From positions 114,759 to 178,758 of the forward strand of contig DAOSDL010000004.1 of the NCBI GenBank assembly GCA_035362335.1: a stretch of DNA of 64,000 bases, written 5' to 3'. Origin of the DNA: Bacteroidota bacterium (lineage in GTDB: Bacteria; Bacteroidota; Ignavibacteria; SZUA-365). Made by a program: the position numbers and the translations under genes. This document shows positions 47,469-57,436 of this stretch, in pieces (position 1 is the stretch's first letter; every line of letters starts with the position of its first letter). A model generated the notes under the pieces. The model searched no databases, was not told the DNA's origin, and saw only the letters and a program-made list of their open reading frames with translations.

Positions 47469-48329
47469 ATGTTTCCTTTCGCCCGCCCCGGTTCCGCTCC
47501 GGAGGCGGGGCGTGGCAAAGGAAGCGCCAGCCGGAGGGGTTTTCCCGTGATTCCACACGACACCATAATCGCCCGGAACGACAGCTACATCACCGCGCAT
47601 CCACGCAACGGTTGCTGCGCGACGGCGCGATTCTACCTGCGGCTGCTCGGCATCGTTTTTTCATCGAGCAGCAGGGCCAAGCACGGTCGATATCACGACC
47701 GTGAGTGGGTGAATTCCAGCATCGATGTGCTCAACGCTCTCGAGGCCGCAGGCTGCCGTTTCGAGATACGCGGCATGGATGTACTGCGCGCCATCGACGG
47801 CCCGGCGGTGTTCGTGGCCAATCACATGAGCACGCTTGAGACCTTCATCCTGCCCTCGCTCATCAATCCGGTGCGCAAGGTGACCTTCGTGATCAAGCCC
47901 AGTTTGATGGAGTATCCCGTGTTCCGCCACGTGATGCGCTCACGCAATCCCATCGTGGTGTCCCGCGACAATCCCCGCCAGGACCTCGTCACCGTGATGG
48001 AGGAAGGAGCGCGGCGCATCGCCGAAGGCACCTCCATTATCCTCTTTCCTCAAACCACACGCACAGCGCGCTTCGATCCCGCCGCGTTCAATTCGCTCGG
48101 TGTGAAGCTCGCCCGCGCCAGTGGTGCCGTGGTGGTACCCATCGCGCTTAAAACCGACGCCTGGGACAACGGCCGCATGTTCAAGGATTTCGGTCCCATT
48201 CATCCGGAACGCACGGTACACATTCAATTCGGACATCCCCTCCCGGTAACCGGCAACGGCCGCGAGCAACACGACGAAACGGTGCGCTTCATCAGCGAGC
48301 ACCTCGCAGCCTGGTCGTCACCGGCCTGA
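47469..48329 (+). CDS. Lysophospholipid (1-acyl-sn-glycerol-3-phosphate) acyltransferase family protein
   Basis: The motifs are VANHMSTLE (an HX4D-like block ending in E), ILFPQTTRT and VVPIALK. The start is uncertain: ATG at 47469, or an internal GTG around 47547. Confidence 0.7.
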   Translation: MFPFARPGSAPEAGRGKGSASRRGFPVIPHDTIIARNDSYITAHPRNGCCATARFYLRLLGIVFSSSSRAKHGRYHDREWVNSSIDVLNALEAAGCRFEIRGMDVLRAIDGPAVFVANHMSTLETFILPSLINPVRKVTFVIKPSLMEYPVFRHVMRSRNPIVVSRDNPRQDLVTVMEEGARRIAEGTSIILFPQTTRTARFDPAAFNSLGVKLARASGAVVVPIALKTDAWDNGRMFKDFGPIHPERTVHIQFGHPLPVTGNGREQHDETVRFISEHLAAWSSPA

Positions 48330-48419
48330 AGTTCCGCGCACAGGACGGACTGTCGCACAGGACGGACCCCGGCGTGCATTGCATCTCGTGCGGGGGCCGT
48401 CTATCTTGACAATTTCCCA

Positions 48420-51400
48420 GTGAAATCGCGTAATCCCGTGCGTGTCCGTCCCCTTCTCACCGTAGTTCTGCTGCTCCTTCTCCTCGCGTCCGCTTCGCGC
48501 GCGCAGGAGCCGACGCGGCTGTGGCAGGAGCGGACGGAGACCTTCATCAGCTTCCCCCGCGACACCGTGGCGCTCGCGCGGCAGTTTCTCGTGGACGACA
48601 GCGTGGACATCGTGATCACGCCCGAGTTGCGGCGTGGGGAGCGCGACCTGGTCGTGCTGCGCCGCGAGGGAGCGCTGTTGCTCACGCCCGCGTTTCGCGA
48701 ACGCCTGGATTCGGCCCGCGCCACCATGCGAGTGCGCTACCGCGCCCTGCCCTTTCGCTTCGCACCCGAATACAGCAAGCGCACGCTGGTGCAACGCTCG
48801 GACAGTGTGGCCGGAGGCGCGCTGCTCGTGGCCAGCACCTCGCAGCCACTGAGCATTGAAAGTATTTTCGGCAGCGAATTGAACAAGAGCGGGTACATTG
48901 GCCGGGGATTCACGCTCGGCAGCAATCGCGACCTGAACATCAATTCCGGCTTCCGCCTGCAGCTCTCCGGACAATTGTCCGAGGACATCGCCATCACCGG
49001 CGCGCTCACCGACGAGAACACGCCCATACAGCCCGAGGGCAATACGCGCAGCATTCAGGAATTGGACAAGGTGTTCATCAAGCTCAGCAGCCGTTCGCTG
49101 TCCGCCACGCTGGGCGACTTTTCCCTGATACACAACGACAGTGAATTCGGACGCTACAATCGGAAACTCTCGGGCGTGCTGGGCGAGGGCGCGATACGCG
49201 AGGGTTCGGCGTCGCTGTCCTACGCTTCGCTCAAAGGCACCTGGCACAGCATGCAATTCAACGGACTCGATGGCGTGCAGGGCCCGTACCGCCTCACGGG
49301 CCGCAACGGTGAATTACCCGTGCTGGTACTGGCGGGCACCGAGCGTGTTTATGTGGACGGTGTGGCCATGGTGCGCGGCGAAAACAACGACTATGTGATC
49401 GAGTATGCGAGTGGAGAAGTGTTTTTCACGCCGCGCCGGCTCATCACCTCCTACTCCCGCATCACTGTCGACTACGAGTATGCCGAGCGGCAGTACACGC
49501 GCTCGATGGTCACCGCTTCGACCAAGGCCACACTGTTCGGCGATGCCCTCTCGGCGGGAGCGCGTTTCATCCGCGAGAGCGACGATGCGGACAATCCCAT
49601 CGACCAGAGTTTCGACGACACCGATCGCGCGTTGCTGGCGGATGCCGGGGACGATGCCACGCTGGCCTCACGCCCCGGCGCGGTGTATGTGGGACTCGAC
49701 ACCGCGCGCGGCACAGGAGCGGGACTGTATGCGCGCATCGACACGTTGATCGGCGGCACGGATCGCGTCGTGTTTCGCTATCAGCCCGGCAGCGACAGCG
49801 CCACCTGGGCCGTGTCCTTCTCCTTCGTGGGCGCGGGGCGGGGAGATTATCGCAGGAAAAGCGTGGGCGTGTTCGAATTCGCCGGCGTGAACTCCGGAGA
49901 TTACGCGCCGTTGCGTTTGCTGCCGCTGCCGCGCGCGCAGCAGTTGTTCAACGTGACCATGGCGCTGCGTCCACTGCGCGACCTCAGCATCGGCGGCGAA
50001 ATCGCCGCGAGCAATCTCGACAGGAATCGCCTTTCGATGAAAGACGACGCCGACGACGCGGGACTGGCCGGCAATCTCACCGCGTCGTGGAGCAATGCTG
50101 CCACGCCGCTGGGAACCTTGGATGTGCGTGCACGCTATCGTGGCATGGCCGAACATTTCACCGCCATCGACCGCATCAATGACATCGAATTCGCGCGGCG
50201 CTGGGACGCCGGTCAGAGTGCGAACAATGCCGAGCGTCTGGGAGAAGCGGAGGCGGTTCTGAGAAGCAGCGAGGCGCTGAGCTTCCGCCTGGGAAGTGGC
50301 AGCATCGCACGCGAAGGTTTTTCTTCGCAGCGCTTCGACGGCGGCATCGCGCTGGTCGATGCCGCGCGCGACAGTTCACTACCGAATGCGACATGGAATG
50401 TGGAGTACATCGACAGCGACAGACGCGACAGTGGAGTACGCGGACGCTGGCTGCGTCAGCTCGCAAACGCAGATTTCGCGATGGACTTCGGCACGCCGCG
50501 TTTGCGCGTGGAGCAGGAGCATAGGCGCAGCACCGTGGGCGACTCGCTACTGGCGGAGAGTCAGGCCTTTGTGGACATTCGACCGGGCGTACTGCTGCCG
50601 GACATCGCGGGTATGCAGTTCTCCGCGGACTTCGGCATGCGTATGGAAGATGCGGTGCTGAATGGCGCGCTGCGACGGCGCTCGGTGGACATACTGCAGC
50701 AGTACGGCTGGACCTTGCGAAGCTGGAGCGATCTCTCCGCATCGGCGACCATGACCGTACGCGACAGGCGCTTCGAAAAGGACTTCGCCGCACGCGGTGA
50801 ACAGGACGTGCAAACCATTCTCACGCGAGTGCAATCGCGCTATGCGCCCTTCAAGGGCGCGGTGAATGCCGACGCGCTGTACGAAGTGTCCACCGAGCGC
50901 ACCTCGCGCCTGGAACGCGTCTTCCTCAAGGTGCCCTATGGCCAGGGTGGGTATGTGTACGCCGGCGACCTCAACAACAACGGCGTGCAGGATGAGAACG
51001 AGTTCGAGCCCACACGCTACGAAGGCGAGTACGTGCAGGTGACCGTGCCCACGGCGGAGCTGTTCCCTGTCATCGATTTGAAAAGCAGCCTGCGGCTCCG
51101 CCTGCAGCCGGACCGCTATTTCGAGCGCGCGGGAGACGATGTGCTGGTAAACGTTCTGCGCGCACTCTCTTCAGAGAGCTTCCTCCGCATCGACGAGAAA
51201 AGCAGTCTCGAAAGCACATCGGATATTTATCTCCTGCATCTCTCCCGTTTCCTCAACGACAGCACCACCATCCGCGGTTTTCAGAATCTGCGTCAGGATT
51301 TCTTCCTCTTCGAGCGGGCGAGTGATTTTTCCCTGCGTCTGCGCTTCGACGAACGCCTCGGAGCGAGCCAATTCGCCCTGCTCTCCGAGCGCAGTTATCG

Positions 51401-51920
51401 GCGCGAGCGCTCGCTGCGCGTCAAGACACAGCTCGTACGCGAGATCGGTCTGCAGACGGATTTCGTCGCGCTGGACGATGCCGTGCGATCAACGGACGGT
51501 GGCACGCGCGCGCGCGACATTTCCTCCACCGAATGGATCGCGGATCTGAGTTACCGGCCCTGGCAGGAACTGGAAATCGGCTTCGTGCTCACCTCGCGTA
51601 CGGCAACGGACCGCAATCCCGCCGTCGCGGTGGAAGCGAACATTTCCTCGCTGGCGTTGCGCAGTGTGGCGAGTTTCGACGGACCCGGTCGCTTGCGCGT
51701 GGAGTTGGAGCGCAGTGATGTGGGTTTTTCCACGGAGGTCGAACGTTACGCGTACGAACTGACGGACGGACGCGCGGAGGGGCAGAGTTGGATTTGGCGG
51801 GTGAATCTGGATTACCGTCTGACCAGCTTTATGCAGGCGACGATATCGTATCTCGGGCGGAGCGAGGCCGAGCGCGACGTGGTGCACAACGCGCGTGCCG
51901 AGGTGAAGGCGTTTTTCTGA
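48420..51920 (+). CDS. Large (1166-aa) predicted outer-membrane beta-barrel protein, function unknown
   Basis: Signal peptide ...LLTVVLLLLLLASASRAQ, long runs of alternating beta-strand pattern, and C-terminus ...NARAEVKAFF with terminal Phe, as in OMP sorting signals. No family confidently recognised. Confidence 0.55.
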   Translation: MKSRNPVRVRPLLTVVLLLLLLASASRAQEPTRLWQERTETFISFPRDTVALARQFLVDDSVDIVITPELRRGERDLVVLRREGALLLTPAFRERLDSARATMRVRYRALPFRFAPEYSKRTLVQRSDSVAGGALLVASTSQPLSIESIFGSELNKSGYIGRGFTLGSNRDLNINSGFRLQLSGQLSEDIAITGALTDENTPIQPEGNTRSIQELDKVFIKLSSRSLSATLGDFSLIHNDSEFGRYNRKLSGVLGEGAIREGSASLSYASLKGTWHSMQFNGLDGVQGPYRLTGRNGELPVLVLAGTERVYVDGVAMVRGENNDYVIEYASGEVFFTPRRLITSYSRITVDYEYAERQYTRSMVTASTKATLFGDALSAGARFIRESDDADNPIDQSFDDTDRALLADAGDDATLASRPGAVYVGLDTARGTGAGLYARIDTLIGGTDRVVFRYQPGSDSATWAVSFSFVGAGRGDYRRKSVGVFEFAGVNSGDYAPLRLLPLPRAQQLFNVTMALRPLRDLSIGGEIAASNLDRNRLSMKDDADDAGLAGNLTASWSNAATPLGTLDVRARYRGMAEHFTAIDRINDIEFARRWDAGQSANNAERLGEAEAVLRSSEALSFRLGSGSIAREGFSSQRFDGGIALVDAARDSSLPNATWNVEYIDSDRRDSGVRGRWLRQLANADFAMDFGTPRLRVEQEHRRSTVGDSLLAESQAFVDIRPGVLLPDIAGMQFSADFGMRMEDAVLNGALRRRSVDILQQYGWTLRSWSDLSASATMTVRDRRFEKDFAARGEQDVQTILTRVQSRYAPFKGAVNADALYEVSTERTSRLERVFLKVPYGQGGYVYAGDLNNNGVQDENEFEPTRYEGEYVQVTVPTAELFPVIDLKSSLRLRLQPDRYFERAGDDVLVNVLRALSSESFLRIDEKSSLESTSDIYLLHLSRFLNDSTTIRGFQNLRQDFFLFERASDFSLRLRFDERLGASQFALLSERSYRRERSLRVKTQLVREIGLQTDFVALDDAVRSTDGGTRARDISSTEWIADLSYRPWQELEIGFVLTSRTATDRNPAVAVEANISSLALRSVASFDGPGRLRVELERSDVGFSTEVERYAYELTDGRAEGQSWIWRVNLDYRLTSFMQATISYLGRSEAERDVVHNARAEVKAFF

Positions 51921-51971
51921 GAGCGTCTTGTCGCCCCCGCGTCGCCTTCACCCCGGCACGTTGCGGTGATG

Positions 51972-53147
51972 TTACACCACCCAGAGTCCGTCGCGCATGA
52001 TCGTTTCCTCGCGGCCGTCGGCGTAGGTCAGCGTGGCTTCATGCACGACCACATCGGGTTGCAGCGAGGGTACGTACACGCGATCGATGTGGATGACGTT
52101 TTTCGGATCGTTGAAGGACGCGGGTGAGACAATGCCGCCGAAATGCTCGCTGCGGCCGAAGGCCACGTGCATGCCGAGCTTTTCATCCATGAGCAAACTC
52201 CCCACAGCGGTGCAGCCGAATTCACCGAGCACGCCATGGCCGAGTTCGGCGATGTTGCCGTAGGCGGGTTCGGCAGTGAGCTTCGCGCGTTCGCCTGTGC
52301 TGGCTTCACCGTCGGTGAGCACCTCGATCGCACGATTGCCTTCCACGCGGTACACGACAATTTCCTCGCCGAATTGCACCGGAAGTTCCCCGCGCGTGCG
52401 GCTGGGATCGCCTTCGATCTCGCCTTCGTAGGGCACGATGTAGGTTTCGCCCGACGGAAGATTTCCGACAATCATATCCTCATGAAACATGCCGCTGCTC
52501 GGTGTGGCCGTGCGATGGCGCAGGTCGCAGTCCAGCACATACACTGCGCCGCGTGCGTGAAACACCAGACGTTCGGCAACGGCCTCGTCGAGCCGCACTT
52601 TCAGGTTCATGATGCGCTCGTGCACCTTGCCATAGTCCAGGCTGAGCGAGGGCAGCATGTCGAGTTGAAAACCCGGCATGGTGGTGCCGCGGAAATTGTA
52701 CTGCTTCGCGAGCATTTTGCAGGGCGCCGTGGCCGAGAATTCCGTGGGTGCGATGATCAGGTCGGTGTCGGTCAACACCTCCGCCAGCGGCACCGGCAGT
52801 CCCTCGGCGAGGAGGATGTCGCGCGTGAGCCCGGCCGGATTGCCTCCCCAGTGGTACAGCGTGTCGGGAAGGTTGTTGTTGTTGCTGCCCACATTCGGGT
52901 AGTAGTAAATTTCCAGACGATCGAGTCCGAGATCATGTTTGAAGGCGATGGAACGCATCCACCAGTTGTAAGCCATCACGCGGCGGTCGCGCCAGTGCTG
53001 ATCGTCGGACACGTGCTCGTCGGGCACATCCACGATGATGGTGAGCACATGGTCCGTGGGACGCGGTTTGAAAACGGTGAGGAAAAGCTGTTTCAGTTCT
53101 TCGGTGCCGAGTTCGGTCATAGCGAATCCGTGATCGAAATGGGACAT
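51972..53147 (-). CDS. Hypothetical protein, weak resemblance to M29 (aminopeptidase T/AmpS-like) peptidases
   Basis: 391 aa with no signal peptide. The C-terminal part ...NIAELGHGVLGEFGCTAVGSLLMDEKLGMHVAFGRSEHFGG...NVIHIDRVY resembles the M29 metal-site region. The call is tentative. Confidence 0.35.
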   Translation of the reverse strand: MSHFDHGFAMTELGTEELKQLFLTVFKPRPTDHVLTIIVDVPDEHVSDDQHWRDRRVMAYNWWMRSIAFKHDLGLDRLEIYYYPNVGSNNNNLPDTLYHWGGNPAGLTRDILLAEGLPVPLAEVLTDTDLIIAPTEFSATAPCKMLAKQYNFRGTTMPGFQLDMLPSLSLDYGKVHERIMNLKVRLDEAVAERLVFHARGAVYVLDCDLRHRTATPSSGMFHEDMIVGNLPSGETYIVPYEGEIEGDPSRTRGELPVQFGEEIVVYRVEGNRAIEVLTDGEASTGERAKLTAEPAYGNIAELGHGVLGEFGCTAVGSLLMDEKLGMHVAFGRSEHFGGIVSPASFNDPKNVIHIDRVYVPSLQPDVVVHEATLTYADGREETIMRDGLWVV

Positions 53148-53307
53148 TCCATAGAATACGAGATGCGCGGCTCAGAGAAAAGGAAAATCGTTCTATTCGT
53201 CACCTCGCTGGTCCGATCCTGGCGCGATGGCGATTCTCAAGATGTATCAGTGTTGGAGCGCAGGAAACGACATTCGCATCGCATGCGGCTTCACTGCGAA
53301 CCTGGTC

Positions 53308-53688
53308 TCAGCGACTCATGCCCATCCACATCCCTCCCAGATACGGGATGAGCCAGAACAGCCAGACCAGAACGCTGTAGCGGTGGAAACTGCCGCGCAG
53401 CGGACTGTCGCCGGCGCGCACCACGCGCGTGGCCCAAAGCGCATGCGCGAGCATCAGCCAGAGCGCAAGTTGCCCGGTAAAGGTGTGCGGCGCGGTGATG
53501 TCGAAGGGACCCTCGGCGATGCGATGCATGGCCAGCGTGCCGAGCACGTCGCAGGCAAAACCCAGCCAGAACATGCGCACATGCCAGGTCTTCAAATAAC
53601 GCGCGATACGCTCGGCCCAGACGCCGATAGAATAGAACAGCAAGGCCAACGTGATCAAAGTTGCGGAAAGCGCCACGGTGATGTGCAT
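53308..53688 (-). CDS. HsmA-family (TIGR03987-like) small 4-TM membrane protein
   Basis: 126 aa. ...LALLFYSIGVWAERIARYLKTWHVRMFWLGFACDVLGT...LWLMLAHALWATRVV...FHRYSVLVWLFWLIPYLGGM follows the family pattern as I remember it. Confidence 0.55.
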   Translation of the reverse strand: MHITVALSATLITLALLFYSIGVWAERIARYLKTWHVRMFWLGFACDVLGTLAMHRIAEGPFDITAPHTFTGQLALWLMLAHALWATRVVRAGDSPLRGSFHRYSVLVWLFWLIPYLGGMWMGMSR

Positions 53689-53700
53689 GGGTGCAAGCTC

Positions 53701-54096
53701 CTAGCGCAACTCGCGCCAATATCCCTGAGGGCCAACGAGCAACAGCGAAGGCGACGACAGGAGGCTGTCCGCGAGAGCAAAGGAGTGCGGCCCGTAAAAA
53801 AACATCTCACAATCCTGATCCGGTGTATGCTTGTACAACCATATCCTCATGCGGCCAGCAGCCTCGCGCCGCGCCTCGAGGGAGAATTCGTGGCGAGCGG
53901 TACAACCGCTGTAGGCCACCGTCACCTGAAGCGTATCGCCCACGATGCGCGCAATCTCGTCCCTCTCGTCGACGATGTAGCTGTACCCGAATTCATCTTT
54001 CGACGGCACGGGATCGTCCTCGCAGGAGGCGAGCGGCAGAACGCAGCACGCGATCAGCAACAGGGCGACGAGGCGCGAGACCTCCGTCCCTCGCAT
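53701..54096 (-). CDS. Hypothetical lipoprotein
   Basis: Trimmed to the ATG at 54096. MRGTEVSRLVALLLIACCVLPLASC lipobox. It lies 12 nt upstream of the HsmA-like gene. Confidence 0.45.
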   Translation of the reverse strand: MRGTEVSRLVALLLIACCVLPLASCEDDPVPSKDEFGYSYIVDERDEIARIVGDTLQVTVAYSGCTARHEFSLEARREAAGRMRIWLYKHTPDQDCEMFFYGPHSFALADSLLSSPSLLLVGPQGYWRELR

Positions 54097-54551
54097 GATC
54101 GCGCGGGCCACGTGTCGACCAAGCCGTGCATGCGGACAATCACGGAGAAGCAGCCGCTGAACAATGTGGGATTCCATGCGTGTAGTCCTTCTTCGCTCGG
54201 TGAAAACGCCATGAGTTGGGAATGGAATATACGTACTAGCGGAACATCGTCAAGCCGGCGCTCCGCAGTGCCCGGTTTTCGTGAGCTCGCTGCGGCGAGG
54301 TGACGAAGCGAAGAATTAGGCCATCTTGTCTGAAAATAGTCTCGCCGCCTGCATCATGCTTTTCTGCGCGGTGATGAGTTGAGTAAAGAGTGAAGGGTAA
54401 AGCGTAAAGTTTGACGGTAGCCGCAGGAGCCAATCCGCACCCCTGCCGTCCCCGCAGGCGATGTACACCGATTCGCATCGCCGCTGTCAGCGGGCGCTGG
54501 ATGGCTTCATCTGCGACGATTCGCTCGGCACCTCGCCGATTTCCACGATCC

Positions 54552-54612
54552 ATCTGTGCTAATCTGTGTATAATCTGTGAAATCCGTGGTTTTAAAACCG
54601 TGTCGAATCTGA
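54552..54612. promoter_or_regulatory. Array of six phased AATCYGTG-like direct repeats (spacing 9-14 bp) with an embedded 12-bp palindrome GGTTTTAAAACC
   Basis: Copies start at about 54552, 54561, 54572, 54581, 54595 and 54606. The palindrome is at 54588-54599. The array lies in a 666-bp gene-free interval. Confidence 0.35.
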
Positions 54613-54690
54613 ATAATCCAATCACCGCACCATTTTCATCCTCCCGGGAGCCACGAAGAAACTTGTAAGACTGTGGCGCATCATGTTCAC

Positions 54691-54720
54691 AAAAAAAATT
54701 GCACGGCCGGGGCCGTGCAA
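54691..54720 (-). terminator. Rho-independent terminator of the ferritin gene
   Basis: On the minus strand: TTGCACGGCC-CC-GGCCGTGCAA followed by TTTTTTTT. Confidence 0.7.
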
Positions 54721-54762
54721 TGTCATGAAGATCAAGCGTTGGAGCGACGAGGCGCTGTGCGA

Positions 54763-55269
54763 TCAGGCCTGAGCCGGAGCCACTGCCATTTTGCCGAGTT
54801 CGCGATCGATCAGATACAGACCGCGACCGTCGTAGGCCACGAGTTTGATCTTGTCGAGCACAGACGAGAACAGGCTCTCTTCTTCATGCTGCTCGCCCAC
54901 GTACCATTGGAGGAAGTGCAACGTGGAATAGTCCTTCTCCTCGTAGGCGAGCGCAACGAGTTCGTTGATCTTGCTGGTGACGAAGCGCTCGTGCTCGAGA
55001 ATTTGCGTGAACATGGCCTCGAGAGACTCGTAGTCTGCCTTGGGCTTTTCCATGGCGCTGAGCAATGCGAGTGCGCCGGTTTCCTCGAGATAGGTGAACA
55101 GCTTCATCATGTGCATGCGCTCTTCTTCGGCGTGGGCTTTGAGAAACGCGCTCGATCCCTCGAATCCCTTGAACGCGCACCAGGCGGACATCTGCAGATA
55201 GAGATTGGACGATTCGAATTCAATGGTGACCTGCTCATTGAGCTTGTTGATCATGTTCGTACTCAGCAT
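54763..55269 (-). CDS. ftnA: Non-haem ferritin
   Basis: Trimmed to the ATG at 55269. MLSTNMINKLNEQVTIEFESSNLYLQMSAWC...HAEEERMHMMKLFTYL...EHERFVT...LQWYVGEQHEEE contains the ferroxidase-centre residues. Confidence 0.9.
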   Translation of the reverse strand: MLSTNMINKLNEQVTIEFESSNLYLQMSAWCAFKGFEGSSAFLKAHAEEERMHMMKLFTYLEETGALALLSAMEKPKADYESLEAMFTQILEHERFVTSKINELVALAYEEKDYSTLHFLQWYVGEQHEEESLFSSVLDKIKLVAYDGRGLYLIDRELGKMAVAPAQA

Positions 55270-55352
55270 CGAAGGCTCCTGTATCAAATGTGTGAAATGA
55301 TGAAATTCAGCCGTTGGGATAACACCTTCACCCGTCGATTGGTTCAGGACTG

Positions 55353-57065
55353 TCAGGATTGCGCGAGTTGTTCGAGCAATTCCTTGCACGCCGCGAGAGC
55401 TTCGCCCACGGGCAGCACGCGACGTTCGCCCGTCTGCCGCACCTTGATCTCGACGTTTCCGTCGGCCAGATGCTTTTCGCCCACGATCACATTGATGGGC
55501 ATGCCGAGCAGATCGGCGTCTTTGAACTTGAAGCCTGGACTCACGCCCGCGCGATCGTCGAACAGCACGTCGTAGCCCGCCGCCTGCAACGCGTCGTACA
55601 GCGCGGTGGCCTGTTCGCGCACGATGTCGCTTTCCATCTTCACGCCGGTGATGTGGATGTGGAAAGGCGCGATGCTGGGATGCCAGCAGATGCCGTCCTT
55701 GTCGTGGCGCTGCTCGATGTGGCAGGCCACGATGCGCTCGACACCGATGCCGTAGCTGCCCATGATAATCGGATGCTCCTGTCCCTGATCATCGAGGAAG
55801 GTGGCGTGTAGGGCTTCGCTGTACTTGGTGCCGAGTTTGAAAATGTGCCCCACTTCGATGGCCTTTTTCACGCTCAGGGGCAAGCCCTTCACGGGATCGG
55901 GCTCGCCTTCCACCACCGTGCGAAGATCGTAATACGCGGAGATGTTGGCGTCTCGATCCAGATCGATGTTGCGATAGTGGAAACCGTTCTCATTGGCGCC
56001 GCTCACCATGCCGTTCGCATGGGCGATGCGCAAATCGGCGATTTGCGGCAGCGCGCTTTTCAGATTGATGGGTCCGATGGAACCGCTGTCCGCGCCGGTC
56101 AGCGCCGCGAGTTCCACATCGTGCGCGGGACGAATGGTGTTGGCCTTGAGCGCGGTCTGCAGCTTCGCTTCGTTGAGCTGATCGTTGCCGCACATGAAAA
56201 TCAGCCAGGGTTGCTCGTCGGCGAAATACACCAGGGATTTGGCGCAGCGCTGCTCGGGAATACCGAATTGCTCGACGAGATCGTCGATGGACTTGGCGTT
56301 GGGCGTGGCGAATTTCTCGGCGGCAGGATTTTCGGCAAGGCGGTCGACGGCGGGTATGCCGGACGACGCCACCTCGATGTTCGCCGCGTAGCCGCTTTCG
56401 AGATTGAAGGCGCAGAGATCCTCGCCCGCGTCGGATTCCACCATGAACTCCTGCGAACCACTGCCGCCCATGGCGCCGCTGGATGCACCGACGACGAAGA
56501 ATTTCAACCCGCAGCGCGAGTAGATGCGGCAGTAGGCCTCGTAATGCTTGCGGTAACTTTCGTCGAGACCTTCCCAGGAATTGTCGAGCGAGTACGCATC
56601 CTTCATCAGGAACTGGCGGCTGCGGATCACGCCCGATTTGGGACGCGGTTCGTTGCGGAATTTTGTCTGAATCTGATACCAGATCTGCGGCATGTCTCGA
56701 TACGAATGCACGAAGGCCTGCGCGATGCTGGTGATGATTTCCTCATGCGTGGGCGCAAGCACGAGGTCGCGGTTCTTGATGTGAAACATCGTATCGCCGA
56801 AGGCCTCGACGCGGTTGGTCTGCTCCCAGATTTCCTTGGGATTCAGCGCCGGCAAATGCATCTCCATGCCGCCAATGGCATCCATCTCCTCGCGGATGAT
56901 GGTCATCACCTTTTTCCACACGCGGTAGCCGAGCGGCAGCAGCGAGTAAATGCCGGCGGAAAGGCCGCGGATCATACCCGCGCGCAGCATGAGTTGATGA
57001 CTGGGAATAACCGCCTCGGAGGGCACTTCCTTGAGTGTGGGAATGAAGTAGTTGGTCAGACGCAT
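55353..57065 (-). CDS. proS: Proline--tRNA ligase (bacterial type with editing insertion)
   Basis: Trimmed to the ATG at 57065. MRLTNYFIPTLKEVPSEAVIPSHQLMLRAGMIRGLSAGIYSLLPLG...FRNEPRPKSGVIRSRQFLMKDAYS... 570 aa. Confidence 0.95.
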   Translation of the reverse strand: MRLTNYFIPTLKEVPSEAVIPSHQLMLRAGMIRGLSAGIYSLLPLGYRVWKKVMTIIREEMDAIGGMEMHLPALNPKEIWEQTNRVEAFGDTMFHIKNRDLVLAPTHEEIITSIAQAFVHSYRDMPQIWYQIQTKFRNEPRPKSGVIRSRQFLMKDAYSLDNSWEGLDESYRKHYEAYCRIYSRCGLKFFVVGASSGAMGGSGSQEFMVESDAGEDLCAFNLESGYAANIEVASSGIPAVDRLAENPAAEKFATPNAKSIDDLVEQFGIPEQRCAKSLVYFADEQPWLIFMCGNDQLNEAKLQTALKANTIRPAHDVELAALTGADSGSIGPINLKSALPQIADLRIAHANGMVSGANENGFHYRNIDLDRDANISAYYDLRTVVEGEPDPVKGLPLSVKKAIEVGHIFKLGTKYSEALHATFLDDQGQEHPIIMGSYGIGVERIVACHIEQRHDKDGICWHPSIAPFHIHITGVKMESDIVREQATALYDALQAAGYDVLFDDRAGVSPGFKFKDADLLGMPINVIVGEKHLADGNVEIKVRQTGERRVLPVGEALAACKELLEQLAQS

Positions 57066-57436
57066 GGAAACAATCCGTTGATGGACAAGCCGTGAAACAT
57101 GAATCGATACAAGTGTATCCATGTAATATACGGGGAATCCGTACCGTGAACAATCGCAGGGAACGCCACAGGTTGCGGATCACGACGGGATACAGGACAA
57201 CATGGTATGGATACAACCGCGATGCGGCGGCAGTTGCGGGGGTTGCGTCTCCCGCCCGACCCTTTCCATACCGGTGATGGTGCATGCTCGCCACCGGGAG
57301 CACTGGCATCCATTTTTCCACCATCGCGCTGCAACTTCCATCGGATGCCGCCGTACACCGCACCTTTCGCAGATAGTTGTGTGTGCTCGCCGGTTTTAAC
57401 AGTTCCACGAATCGCTGTCACCATCGAGGTACTGCC

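Noticed and set aside
54236-54625. 129-aa minus-strand ORF and the 85-aa plus-strand ORF (54411..54668) in the large gap
   Set aside because: Both have Arg/Pro/Ala-biased, non-protein-like composition and lack signal or domain features. The region is treated as non-coding.
55281-55310. Fur-box in the AT-rich patch upstream of the ferritin gene
   Set aside because: The sequence TGAAATGATGAAATTCA is AT-rich and repeat-like, but it is not a convincing match to the GATAATGATAATCATTATC palindrome. It is more simply the promoter -10/-7 region. I left it uncalled.
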